DNA of 64,000 nt. Origin: an uncultured Actinomycetes bacterium (GTDB lineage Bacteria; Actinomycetota; Thermoleophilia; Gaiellales; Gaiellaceae). Both the position numbers and the translations under genes were made by a program. How positions within the stretch are numbered: position 1 is the first letter of the stretch; each line of letters starts with the position of its first letter. Location of the stretch: NCBI GenBank assembly GCA_963744355.1, contig CAVUTE010000004.1:641565-705564 (forward strand), in the 5' to 3' direction. Below the pieces are notes generated by a model, which was given only the letters and a program-made list of their open reading frames with translations, was not told the origin of the DNA and did not search any database. Below, piece after piece: positions 52,074-59,767 of this stretch.

Positions 52074-52570
52074 CACTCGCCGCACTCTCGGCGTTCAGCT
52101 ATGCCGGCGTGCTTGCGTACGTGCTCGTGCGATCGGGCAAGGCGCTGCCGGCGACGGCCGCGCTCGGAACCGCCGGCGCGCTGCTGCTCGTCGCGTTACT
52201 CGTGCGCGCGAACGCGGAGCTCGTGCCGTGGCCGCTGGCGTTTCTCGGTGTTGCGTACGGCATCGAGCTCGTCGTCCGCGGCTCGAGCGTGGACGGCGTG
52301 GCGCCGCTCGTCGCCGTCGGTCTGCTCCTGTGCGGCGAGCTCGCGGCGTGGTCGGTCGACGAGCACCTGCGCATCTCCGCAGAGCGAGCCGTGCGCCGCG
52401 CGCGGGCGGTCGCACTCGGTGCGCTCGCGTTCGCGTCGTTGGCTCTTGCTGCGCTGGTCGTCGCGCTCGCGGCGGCGCCGGCCGGGAACGGCCTCGCCTG
52501 GACCGTCCTCGGCGCGGCCGGCACGGTCGCGGTCGTGGGGCTCGCGGTCGGGCTCGCGCGGCGCGGCTAG
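52070..52570 (+). CDS. hypothetical 4-TM membrane protein (MoxR operon)
   Basis: 166 aa from GTG 52070 (GTGA overlap). Hydrophobic throughout. Confidence 0.5.
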   Translation: MTLAALSAFSYAGVLAYVLVRSGKALPATAALGTAGALLLVALLVRANAELVPWPLAFLGVAYGIELVVRGSSVDGVAPLVAVGLLLCGELAAWSVDEHLRISAERAVRRARAVALGALAFASLALAALVVALAAAPAGNGLAWTVLGAAGTVAVVGLAVGLARRG

Positions 52571-52764
52571 GACGCGCGCTGCGTGTCGAGTGGATCTTCC
52601 GGCGAGCCGCCAGGACCGGCCACTTCCGTTCCCGCGTCCTCCACGAAGTCCGCGGGCCGCGCGAAGCGGAACCCGAGGCTCGTCACGGCACGGCGTTGGT
52701 CGAGGCCACGTTGCTCCGCCGCCATGCGTCGCTGCTCAGCGCTCTTCTTCCACCGGCGGAACAT
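52567..52764 (-). CDS. hypothetical small protein
   Basis: 65-aa ORF. AGGGAA lies 4 nt upstream of ATG 52764. High GC3. No family recognised. Confidence 0.35.
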   Translation of the reverse strand: MFRRWKKSAEQRRMAAEQRGLDQRRAVTSLGFRFARPADFVEDAGTEVAGPGGSPEDPLDTQRAS

Positions 52765-52809
52765 GCATTCCCTGTGCCCAGGCCGCCGCTACACTAACCG
52801 CCGGTTCGG

Positions 52810-52882
52810 GGCGCATTCGTCTAGTGGCCTAGGACACCGCCCTCTCACGGCGGCGGCACGGGTTCGAATCCCGTATGCGCCT
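52810..52882 (+). tRNA. tRNA-Glu (anticodon CTC)
   Basis: Acceptor ggcgcat/atgcgcc, D-arm tcgtctagtggcctaggac, anticodon stem ccgcc/ggcgg with loop ctCTCac, T-loop gggttcgaatccc. Confidence 0.9.
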
Positions 52883-52888
52883 TACGGG

Positions 52889-52925
52889 GGCGCATGGGCA
52901 GGGCGGTTCCGCTCAACCATGCGCC
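52889..52925 (+). other. 37-nt inverted-repeat element reusing both acceptor-stem halves of the adjacent tRNA-Glu (tRNA-like minihelix or att remnant)
   Basis: ggcgcatgg-(19 nt)-ccatgcgcc. Starts 7 nt after the tRNA. Its 5-prime arm also pairs with the tRNA 3-prime end (atgcgcc-ttacggg-ggcgcat). Confidence 0.5.
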
Positions 52926-53121
52926 CCACGTGTGTCAGGGATGCCGCTTCGGACAGCAGGTACCTGGGCGCAACATTCGACCGCTCGATCAGGCGTCGAT
53001 CTGCGCACGACTGAGGCCATCGGCGGTCATGAGCTCAGCAGCGATCGTCTCGATCGCCGGCCCCCACCACGAGCAAACCCCACGCTGCCAGCGACATACG
53101 GTGAATTCAAACGTCCTAACC

Positions 53122-53940
53122 CTATGCGTGAGGCAGGCTCAGGTCGAAACGGTGTGCTACCCGCTCCATCCTCTCGCGCGATAGCGAGCCATCCTTGCGG
53201 AGCCGCTTCTTTAACGCGCCGGGATAGATCACCCAGACATTCCCGATCTGAAACGGGAAGTCGAGCAATCCCCACTCGGACTCGACGAAGCACAAGGCTG
53301 CGTGTACGTCGATCCCGTGTAGCGACTCGTCGGGCCGCATGGCAGCGATCACGGCATCGACTTGGCGCGTCACACCCTTCGCAAGGACCGTCCGGTTTCT
53401 GCCACCGACGAAGACCTCATTGTCGCGTCTCCATAACGGTCCGACTTCTCGTTTGACGACCTTTCCCTTGTATGCCTTGGCGTCGACTACCCAGACTCCG
53501 GTCGGTGCAATGAAGATGTGGTCGATGTTGCCGCGCGTGCCCGGGATAAGTCGGTCATGAAGAGCGAGGACGCTGTCGCCGAGCTCGCGCGCGATATAGC
53601 TCGCCAGTCGGCTCTCGCCATCACTCCCCTTCCCCCACGTTGCCGATGCATCGTGACTGGCCATTGCTTCCGCCACTACTGCGGCGTGGTCGCCGTACTG
53701 CCGTCGAACCGCGTCAACCTTCTGATTTGTCCGCCGCTGACCCTCGGCTACGGCAGACGCGCCCGGCGTTCCCGACTTGACGGGCTCAGCGCTCGGCGCG
53801 CATGCAAGGCAGGTCGCAGTCCTCAACGAGGGATCCCACATCGCCTCAGCGCCTTTTGATAGCGCGATGCCGCAGGACGCACACGTCGCCGGATACCGCA
53901 GGCGCAACCTTCGCGGAGGTCTCTGATCGGTTGCTGACAT
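53122..53940 (-). CDS. NERD (nuclease-related domain) protein with N-terminal zinc-ribbon-like CxxC...CxxC
   Basis: 272 aa. CASCG...CLAC at the N-terminus. GNIDHIFIAPTGVWVVDAKAYKGKV is a NERD-type motif. Confidence 0.75.
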   Translation of the reverse strand: MSATDQRPPRRLRLRYPATCASCGIALSKGAEAMWDPSLRTATCLACAPSAEPVKSGTPGASAVAEGQRRTNQKVDAVRRQYGDHAAVVAEAMASHDASATWGKGSDGESRLASYIARELGDSVLALHDRLIPGTRGNIDHIFIAPTGVWVVDAKAYKGKVVKREVGPLWRRDNEVFVGGRNRTVLAKGVTRQVDAVIAAMRPDESLHGIDVHAALCFVESEWGLLDFPFQIGNVWVIYPGALKKRLRKDGSLSRERMERVAHRFDLSLPHA

Positions 53941-54075
53941 CCGTCATGGATTATCGCGCCGCCCGGCGGCGGGCGGGAACTCGCCTACCGACCACTGTGT
54001 TCTCTCCGCGCGCGCCTCCGCGTAGAGACTCGCGGCGGCGCAACAATGCAGGCGCCATAATTGCCAGAGGGGTCG

Positions 54076-54351
54076 ATGCTCACTCGGGATGGTCGGTTTC
54101 GGCGATTGGTGGCGAGCGCCTTCGCGGCGGTCGATCAGGGAGACCTGCAACGAGCGCGGGAACTCATGCGCGAGGTCCCTGACGGCCGGCGTGGCGAAGC
54201 AATTCGTTTGGTCCTCGAACATCGAGTGGCGGCCGATCCCGACGCGCCGCCTGACCTGCTGTTCGACCTGTTCGAGCAAGCGCACGCGGCCTCCGTGTCG
54301 AGGATCGGCGACTACGGACAAGGCCCGGCCCTGATCAGACGAAGCCGCTAG
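54076..54351 (+). CDS. hypothetical helical protein
   Basis: 91 aa from ATG 54076 (the ORF begins at TTG 54061). Preferred over the antisense 166-aa ORF, which is Arg/Ser-rich junk. Confidence 0.35.
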   Translation: MLTRDGRFRRLVASAFAAVDQGDLQRARELMREVPDGRRGEAIRLVLEHRVAADPDAPPDLLFDLFEQAHAASVSRIGDYGQGPALIRRSR

Positions 54352-54407
54352 ATCGTCGCGATGGCTGTCGCGAAAGCGACGTCCGGTCCTTCCTCCCCGC
54401 GAGCGTG

Positions 54408-54650
54408 TTAGGCGGCTCTGTGTTGCTCGAGGTCGGTCGGACAAACCAACAGGACAGAACCGTTGAGCGTGAGAGTGACCGTGTCGGCACGCTCTCTCCG
54501 AAGTGCCTCTTCAGCGTAAGCTCGCGCGGCGTCACCCGGCAGTTCGGTGGAGCACTGGAGCGCGGTGGCTTCGCCGCGCGTTAGAGCGACCTCGACCGCC
54601 TGCCGGATTCGGCGATACGTCGCAGCTTCCGGGTGAGCATCGTTCCGCAT
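54408..54650 (-). CDS. hypothetical small protein
   Basis: 80 aa. Strong GGAGG lies 5 nt upstream of ATG 54650. No family recognised. Confidence 0.45.
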   Translation of the reverse strand: MRNDAHPEAATYRRIRQAVEVALTRGEATALQCSTELPGDAARAYAEEALRRERADTVTLTLNGSVLLVCPTDLEQHRAA

Positions 54651-54765
54651 CGAGCCCTCCTCACTAGGGGTCGGATGGGTTGATGGTCGCACGGGCAGCG
54701 GACGCTTGCCTGCATCTCGATCGCCGACGCGTCGCCTCACTTGGCAGTGGCGCCGGCGGAAGTAC

Positions 54766-55392
54766 ATGGGTTGTCTCAGACTCGTTGCATCTGCGACACT
54801 GCGCACCATCGTGGGGCGGTGGAATCGCTCGGCGAGAGCCGAAAACCAATACCTCGCCGCAGAGCGCAAAGCGCTCGACGAAAGGCTGGAGCGAGCGAAG
54901 CGCGCTGCCGCGGAGAGGAAAGCGAAGCAGGTCGCTCATGAGGCGGAAGTCCTGCAAGCAGCCACAGCGGAAGGCCGCCAGACGGCGGCCGAGATCGCAC
55001 AGCGAGCCGCCGCTGAGGCTCAAGCCCGACAGGCGGCCCAGAGGAAGGCGTGGCTGACCACCGCGGACCTGGCCCGACGAGCAGCCGAAGCCGCCGGCCA
55101 AGCCGAAGCCGCCCGCCAAGCAGCTGAGGTCGAAGCCGCCCGGCAGGCGGCCGAAGCCGAAGCCGCCCGCCAAGCAGCTGAGGCCGAAGCCGCCCGGCAG
55201 GCGGCCGAAGCCGAAGCTGCCCGAGTCGCTGAAGAGCTAGCGAAACAGGCAACGAACGCGGAAGAGCCGGCCAAAGCGGAACCCCCCGGAACGCTGCCGG
55301 TCCTCGATTGGTTCGCCGCACGCGATCAAGCTCTCTCCCGCGCCGAAGACAGTCCGAAAGGTGTGGCGAACCAAAGAGACGCCTCGCAGTAG
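54766..55392 (+). CDS. hypothetical Ala/Glu/Arg/Gln coiled-coil protein with tandem AEAARQAAE repeats
   Basis: ORF 54706..55392; the start is uncertain (ATG 54766 chosen). Four or more copies of AEAARQAAE(A/V)E. Confidence 0.45.
   Translation: MGCLRLVASATLRTIVGRWNRSARAENQYLAAERKALDERLERAKRAAAERKAKQVAHEAEVLQAATAEGRQTAAEIAQRAAAEAQARQAAQRKAWLTTADLARRAAEAAGQAEAARQAAEVEAARQAAEAEAARQAAEAEAARQAAEAEAARVAEELAKQATNAEEPAKAEPPGTLPVLDWFAARDQALSRAEDSPKGVANQRDASQ
55084..55225. repeat. tandem repeat, 54-nt unit x2 plus partial flanking copies (27-nt sub-period)
   Basis: Units 55102..55155 and 55156..55209 differ at one base (gaggTc versus gaggCc). Partial copies lie on both sides. The repeat is in-frame coding. 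Confidence 0.9.
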
Positions 55393-55436
55393 GTCCGGTC
55401 CCATCCGCGATGCCGGTTTGGAATTGAGCGGGAGTT

Positions 55437-55667
55437 TTACGCCTTGAAGTGACTGTTGGCGACGTGGATCAGTCGGAGTGCTGCCCAAAAAGGGAAGACG
55501 AGGAGTGGTAGAAGGACCGCTACGAGTGCGACGACGGGGCCGGCGGCGCCTTTCGCAGCGGCGGTCGCTACGCCAGTGATGAGCAGCAACAGCTGCGCAC
55601 ATCCGACCGTCAGGAGCGCACTCGTGAGCGTGTTAGGCCCAAGTCGCGGGTAGCGCAAAAGAGCCAC
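55437..55667 (-). CDS. hypothetical small 2-TM membrane protein
   Basis: 76 aa from GTG 55667 (alternative TTG 55658). TM segments LLTVGCAQLLLLITGVA and VVALVAVLLPLLVFPFWAAL. A 41-codon hydrophobic ORF in another frame lies just upstream (about 55610-55735), so this may be a split gene. Confidence 0.35.
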   Translation of the reverse strand: MALLRYPRLGPNTLTSALLTVGCAQLLLLITGVATAAAKGAAGPVVALVAVLLPLLVFPFWAALRLIHVANSHFKA

Positions 55668-55719
55668 AGCGCGAGCAGAGCGGCACCGAGCGCGAAGCCG
55701 TAGACGACGCCTTGGGCGG

Positions 55720-55905
55720 TCACTGCGACCACGTTGTTTCGTCTTCACCGACACGCTGTTCGGCGCATGCAGGACACAGGACGCTGACCGACGGCTCACC
55801 GTCGTCCGCTGACGCGATGTAAGCGCGCCAGCCCCGCTCAGTCTGTCCAGTGGCCCCTTCGCACCGGTCACAGAACAGCACGCTCGCGAGCCCAAGCACA
55901 GGCAT
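55720..55905 (-). CDS. hypothetical small zinc-ribbon protein
   Basis: 61 aa. VLFCDRCEG...VLCPACAEQ (CxxC...CxxC). Confidence 0.4.
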   Translation of the reverse strand: MPVLGLASVLFCDRCEGATGQTERGWRAYIASADDGEPSVSVLCPACAEQRVGEDETTWSQ

Positions 55906-56189
55906 ACCCTGCCGCGTGCGGGCGGGACCGGCGCGACTCAGCCGTCTAGTTCCTTCCGGACAAACGGCGATCACTCGAACGGGGCACATCGGGAGGCTGA
56001 CCAATCCTCGACCAGCGGGGAGCGCCCCAGCCTGCACAGTCACCGATGATCTGCGACAGAAATACAGCGCCCGGCGTTCGGGAACACCGTCCAGCGAGAC
56101 GCAACCCGACCCGACGCACACTTCCCCTCCCAGATCGAGACGGCTACGCGCAGCTAGCCGTCTCGATCAAATCCCAAGGACAAGCCGAA

Positions 56190-56354
56190 ATGACCTGGAT
56201 CGCCGGAGCCAAACTGCTAGCCGACCGGATCGGCCCAACCCCCGCAGCAGACCGGGTGCAAGTTGCGGCTGACGCACTCCCCGTCTTCCACTGGTGCAAC
56301 GTGAACCCCGAACTCACGCCCGCCGAGGACGCTGGCGAGGTCGTTTCCGACTGA
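56190..56354 (+). CDS. hypothetical small protein (weak call)
   Basis: 54 aa from ATG 56190. AGGA lies 9 nt upstream. No family recognised. Confidence 0.2.
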   Translation: MTWIAGAKLLADRIGPTPAADRVQVAADALPVFHWCNVNPELTPAEDAGEVVSD

Positions 56355-56402
56355 CTCACCAGGCTTTTCGGCGCGGGTCGGAACCGCGCGAGCGCCCAGG
56401 AG

Positions 56403-57920
56403 CTAACTAACGGCCGACAGGTCCGCGACGAGCGGCCCGGTGTCGAGCGGCTCGAACCCGAGCCGCCCTGCGATCTCCTCGCTCGACGGCTTCGTTCCCT
56501 CCGCGAAGAGGTCGCGCAGGATGTCGCCCGTCTTCGCGCTCCGCCACCAGTCTTCGCCGACCTCACGCAGGAGATGCGCGCGCAACTGCGCGCTCCGGAT
56601 CCACGCGCGCAGATAGTCGGCGGAGTAGAAGCCGCCGTCCATGTCGGAGAGATAGTTGCGCGGGTCGTAGCGGACACCCGTGGCGTCGGTGAGGAGCGGC
56701 GAGTAGTCGCGCGGCGACGAGCCGCCCTCCTCGGCAAAGCTCGACCAGAAGCCGAGCTCGTACCGAAGCTTCGCCGTGTACCGCCGGTACAGCAGCGCCT
56801 CGAGGAACAGCGTCGCCTCTGCGTTCTCCTCCGCCTGCGCATCGGACAGGCCGAAGTGGAGCGCGTGCCAGCCTGGCTCACGCGTGATCGCCTCGAAGAT
56901 GTACGAGTAGATCTCGGTCAGCGCGTGGTCGCGCGAGATGGCGCGGAACGTGAACTGCAGCCGCGGGTCGACGCCCGCGTAGTGCAGCGCGTGGCCGGCC
57001 TCGTGCATGAACGCCTGGTAGTCGGCGAGCCCGCCCTGCGCGAGCGTGATCAGGTGCACGACGTCCGGCGGATCGGAGGCGATGACGCAGGCACGCGGAT
57101 TCTTCTGCGGCCGGTCCTCGAGGTCGAGCCTGATGTTCGGGATCGCAGTGAGATCGAAGCCGAGCGCCGACGTAGTCGCCAGGCAGATCGCGGTGGCCTT
57201 CTCCTTCGTGTACGTGGACTCCAGCGGCGACAGGCGCCGAACGTAGGCGACGTGACCGCTCGTCGGGATCGAGTCCCGCTCCGTCCCGAGGATGCGATCG
57301 AACCAGCGGTCGCGCATCACCTCGTACGGAGCGGTGGTCGCGTCGGACGCGGCGATGAGCGCGCGCTCGAGCGCCCGCAACGAGATCGCCTTCTCTTCTT
57401 CTGCACGCGCGACGGGGTCCGGCTCGCCGCTGATCGCAGCGTCGAGCTCTTCGACCGCCGCGAGCAGCTGCAGACGGTCGGGATTGAGCCGCGCCGACTC
57501 CGTGCGCTCGAGGTTCCCGAGCTCCTCTCGGTCGGCGTAGCCGTCCGTGACTGCCAGCCGCGCCTGCGCGGCGCGCAGCGGCATCTCCTCGCCCTTGAAC
57601 GTGACGCGTGCGCCGATGAGCGCGTTCTCGAGCGCGTCCTGCTTGTCCGCGAGCTCGGCGGAGATGATCCCGCCCTCGCACGTCTTCCGCAGCCGGTAGA
57701 GACGCTCGCGGTCCTCGCCCTGCGCGGCGTTCTCCGCCTCGTGCAACGCCTCGAGCTGCGCGCGCGAGAACAGGTCGGTATAGCGGGCAACGATCGCCGC
57801 CTGCTCCGACACTTCCTTCTCGCCGACACGAACGGCGCGGCCCTCCTCGGAGCGCTCGAAGTAGTAGTCGCGCAGGCGCGACTCGTACTCGGCCGGGGTG
57901 CGAACGGCTGTCGTCGACAC
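56403..57920 (-). CDS. M3-family zinc metallopeptidase (oligoendopeptidase F-like)
   Basis: ORF trimmed to GTG 57920. HEXXH motif FMHEAGHALH. Confidence 0.8.
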   Translation of the reverse strand: MSTTAVRTPAEYESRLRDYYFERSEEGRAVRVGEKEVSEQAAIVARYTDLFSRAQLEALHEAENAAQGEDRERLYRLRKTCEGGIISAELADKQDALENALIGARVTFKGEEMPLRAAQARLAVTDGYADREELGNLERTESARLNPDRLQLLAAVEELDAAISGEPDPVARAEEEKAISLRALERALIAASDATTAPYEVMRDRWFDRILGTERDSIPTSGHVAYVRRLSPLESTYTKEKATAICLATTSALGFDLTAIPNIRLDLEDRPQKNPRACVIASDPPDVVHLITLAQGGLADYQAFMHEAGHALHYAGVDPRLQFTFRAISRDHALTEIYSYIFEAITREPGWHALHFGLSDAQAEENAEATLFLEALLYRRYTAKLRYELGFWSSFAEEGGSSPRDYSPLLTDATGVRYDPRNYLSDMDGGFYSADYLRAWIRSAQLRAHLLREVGEDWWRSAKTGDILRDLFAEGTKPSSEEIAGRLGFEPLDTGPLVADLSAVS

Positions 57921-57930
57921 GGGTCGGAGA

Positions 57931-58287
57931 CTAGCGGGCCGCGAGCCGCTTGACCGTCGACAGGAGCGCGTCGATGGTGAAAGGCTTGCGCAGGTAGGCG
58001 TCCGCGAGGCCGTCCACATTCGGGCTGATCTCCGCCGAGCCGGTGACGAACGCGACGGGAACGGGCGGCGTCCGGTCGTGGAGCTCGCGGACGAGATCGC
58101 TTCCCGTCTCGTGGCCGATGCGTAGGTCGAGGAGGACGACGCTCAGGTCGCGCGAGGCGACGGCCGCCCGCGCCTCGGCGAGCGTCCCCGCCTCGACAAC
58201 GTCGAAGCCCTCGAGCTCGAGATTGATCCGGCAGAGCAGCCGGATTGAGGGCTCGTCGTCCACGACGAGCACGGCCGGGCGATCCAC
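57931..58287 (-). CDS. single-domain response regulator (CheY-like receiver), orphan
   Basis: VLVVDDEPS, VVLLDLRIG (phospho-Asp), AFVTG, YLRKPF. GTG 58287 is preferred over ATG 58344 because the intervening codons are rare types (ata, agt, aca, tca) and contain a hairpin. Confidence 0.75.
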   Translation of the reverse strand: MDRPAVLVVDDEPSIRLLCRINLELEGFDVVEAGTLAEARAAVASRDLSVVLLDLRIGHETGSDLVRELHDRTPPVPVAFVTGSAEISPNVDGLADAYLRKPFTIDALLSTVKRLAAR

Positions 58288-58310
58288 GGCGAGGAATGTA
58301 CTCCGTATCC

Positions 58311-58328
58311 CGGCCGGTGAGCCGGCCG
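58311..58328 (-). terminator. perfect 7-bp / 4-nt-loop GC hairpin between gltX and the response regulator gene (possible terminator, no U-tract)
   Basis: cggccgg-tgag-ccggccg, read directly. Confidence 0.3.
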
Positions 58329-58496
58329 TTTCCCCTTGGACCATGCAGACGGGAACGGGCGACAGGTCGCAGCCCGTCGACCGGGGGGACGAGGCGGCAC
58401 AGCACGATCTGCCGGAGCCGACGCCGGAGTTCAGGCGTCGGGCCTGGCGCATGTATCAGCGCGCCCTCGACCCGCTGGCGCGGCCGCGGCCGCTTC

Positions 58497-59747
58497 CTAC
58501 GAGTGAGCGGCGGCGCTGAGCCTTCTGAGCGTCGTCTCGCGACCGAGCAGCTCGATGCTCTCGAACAGCCCCGGCGACACAGTCGAGCCCGTGACCGCGA
58601 CGCGGATCGGCTGGAAGGCCTGACGCGGCTTCAGGCCGAGGCGCTCGACGACGCCGCGAAGCGCCGCCTCGATCGCGTCGGTCGTGAACGGCTCCAGATC
58701 GGCGAGCGCGTCGCGCGCGGCCGCGACCACCTCGGCGCCGCCGTCCACGCTCACCTCGACCTCCTCGAAGAGAAAGCGCGCGTAGTCGGCGAACTCGTCG
58801 AGACGCGCGATCTTCTCCTGCACGAGCGGCGCCGCCTTGCGGACGAGCTCTGCATCCCAGTCGTAGCCGTTCTCGCCGAGCCACAGGATGAGGCGGTGTG
58901 CGAAATCGTCCAGCGGCAGCGCGCGAATGTACGTGCCGTTCATCCAGTCGAGCTTCGCGTAATCGAACTGCGCAGGGCTGGCGCTGACGCGCTCGAGCGT
59001 GAAGCGCTCGACGAGCTCGTCGCGGCTCATGATCGTCGTCTCTCCGTCCGGCGCCCAGCCGAGCAAGGACAAGAAGTTGAGGAGAGCCTCCGGTAGGTAG
59101 CCGGCCTTCTGGAACTCGTCGACCCCGACGGCGCCATGTCGCTTCGACAACTTCTTCCCGTCGGCGCCGTTCACGTTCGGGGCATGTGCGTACGTCGGCA
59201 CATCCCCGCCGACCGCCTGGATGATGTTGATCTGCTTGGGGGTGTTCGAGATGTGATCCTCACCGCGGATCACGTGCGTGATCCCGTCCCACACGTCCTC
59301 CATCGGCGAGGCGAAGTTGTAGGTCGGCCGCCCGTCGGACCGGACGAGCACGAGATCCTCGATCGTCTCGTTCGGCACCTCGACGTGGCCGCGGACGACG
59401 TCGTCCCACGCTGTGACGCCCTCGTTCGGCATGCGGAACCGGATCGCGCCTTCGTCCTCGTACGCCTTCTCCTCGGCTACGAGCTGCTCGGCGACGCGAC
59501 GGCAGTCGTCGATGCGGTCGAGTTGGAAGGTCACCTCGCCGTCCCAGTCAATTCCGAGCCAGCGCAGCGAGTCCTGGATGAAGTCCGTCGCCTCAGCCAC
59601 CTCCCGCGCCGTATCGGTGTTCTCGATCCTGAGCAGGATCTCCCCTCCCTCGTGGCGTGCGAATAACCAGTTGAACACGAAGGTGCGCACATTGCCGATG
59701 TGGAGGAACCCTGTCGGGCTCGGTGCCATGCGGACGCGGACGGTCAC
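58497..59747 (-). CDS. gltX: glutamate--tRNA ligase
   Basis: 416 aa. VRMAPSPTGFLHIGNVRT (HIGH motif) and KLSKRHG (KMSKS motif). GTG start at 59747. Confidence 0.95.
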   Translation of the reverse strand: MTVRVRMAPSPTGFLHIGNVRTFVFNWLFARHEGGEILLRIENTDTAREVAEATDFIQDSLRWLGIDWDGEVTFQLDRIDDCRRVAEQLVAEEKAYEDEGAIRFRMPNEGVTAWDDVVRGHVEVPNETIEDLVLVRSDGRPTYNFASPMEDVWDGITHVIRGEDHISNTPKQINIIQAVGGDVPTYAHAPNVNGADGKKLSKRHGAVGVDEFQKAGYLPEALLNFLSLLGWAPDGETTIMSRDELVERFTLERVSASPAQFDYAKLDWMNGTYIRALPLDDFAHRLILWLGENGYDWDAELVRKAAPLVQEKIARLDEFADYARFLFEEVEVSVDGGAEVVAAARDALADLEPFTTDAIEAALRGVVERLGLKPRQAFQPIRVAVTGSTVSPGLFESIELLGRETTLRRLSAAAHS

Positions 59748-59755
59748 TGTCTGCC

Positions 59756-59761
59756 TATCGT
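59756..59761 (+). promoter_or_regulatory. -10-like hexamer TATCGT, 6 nt upstream of GTG 59768 (candidate leaderless promoter)
   Basis: TATCGT-agagcc-GTG inside a 20-nt divergent spacer. Confidence 0.35.
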
Positions 59762-59767
59762 AGAGCC

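Larger units (their letters stand above)
52883..56402. other. lower-GC accessory island adjacent to tRNA-Glu (no integrase/transposase recognised)
   Basis: Hand-counted lines give 53% (53101) and 57% (55441) G+C versus 78% (30001). Contains a NERD protein and small orphan ORFs in alternating orientation. Flanked by tRNA-Glu and a conserved M3 peptidase gene. Confidence 0.5.

Noticed and set aside
52894-53184. 96-aa plus-strand ORF between tRNA-Glu and the NERD gene
   Set aside because: It starts inside the tRNA-like minihelix and overlaps the NERD gene end. It has no ribosome-binding site or family signal, so it is probably non-coding.
53944-54444. 166-aa minus-strand ORF in the island
   Set aside because: Its composition is Arg/Ser/Gly-rich with no start context. 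It overlaps two ORFs with better features: plus-strand 54076..54351, and minus-strand 54408..54650 with a GGAGG.
52883-56402. Prophage or integrative element call for the tRNA-Glu island
   Set aside because: No integrase, excisionase, transposase, capsid or terminase-like sequence is recognisable, and no clear att direct repeat was found. I therefore report it only as a compositionally deviant island.
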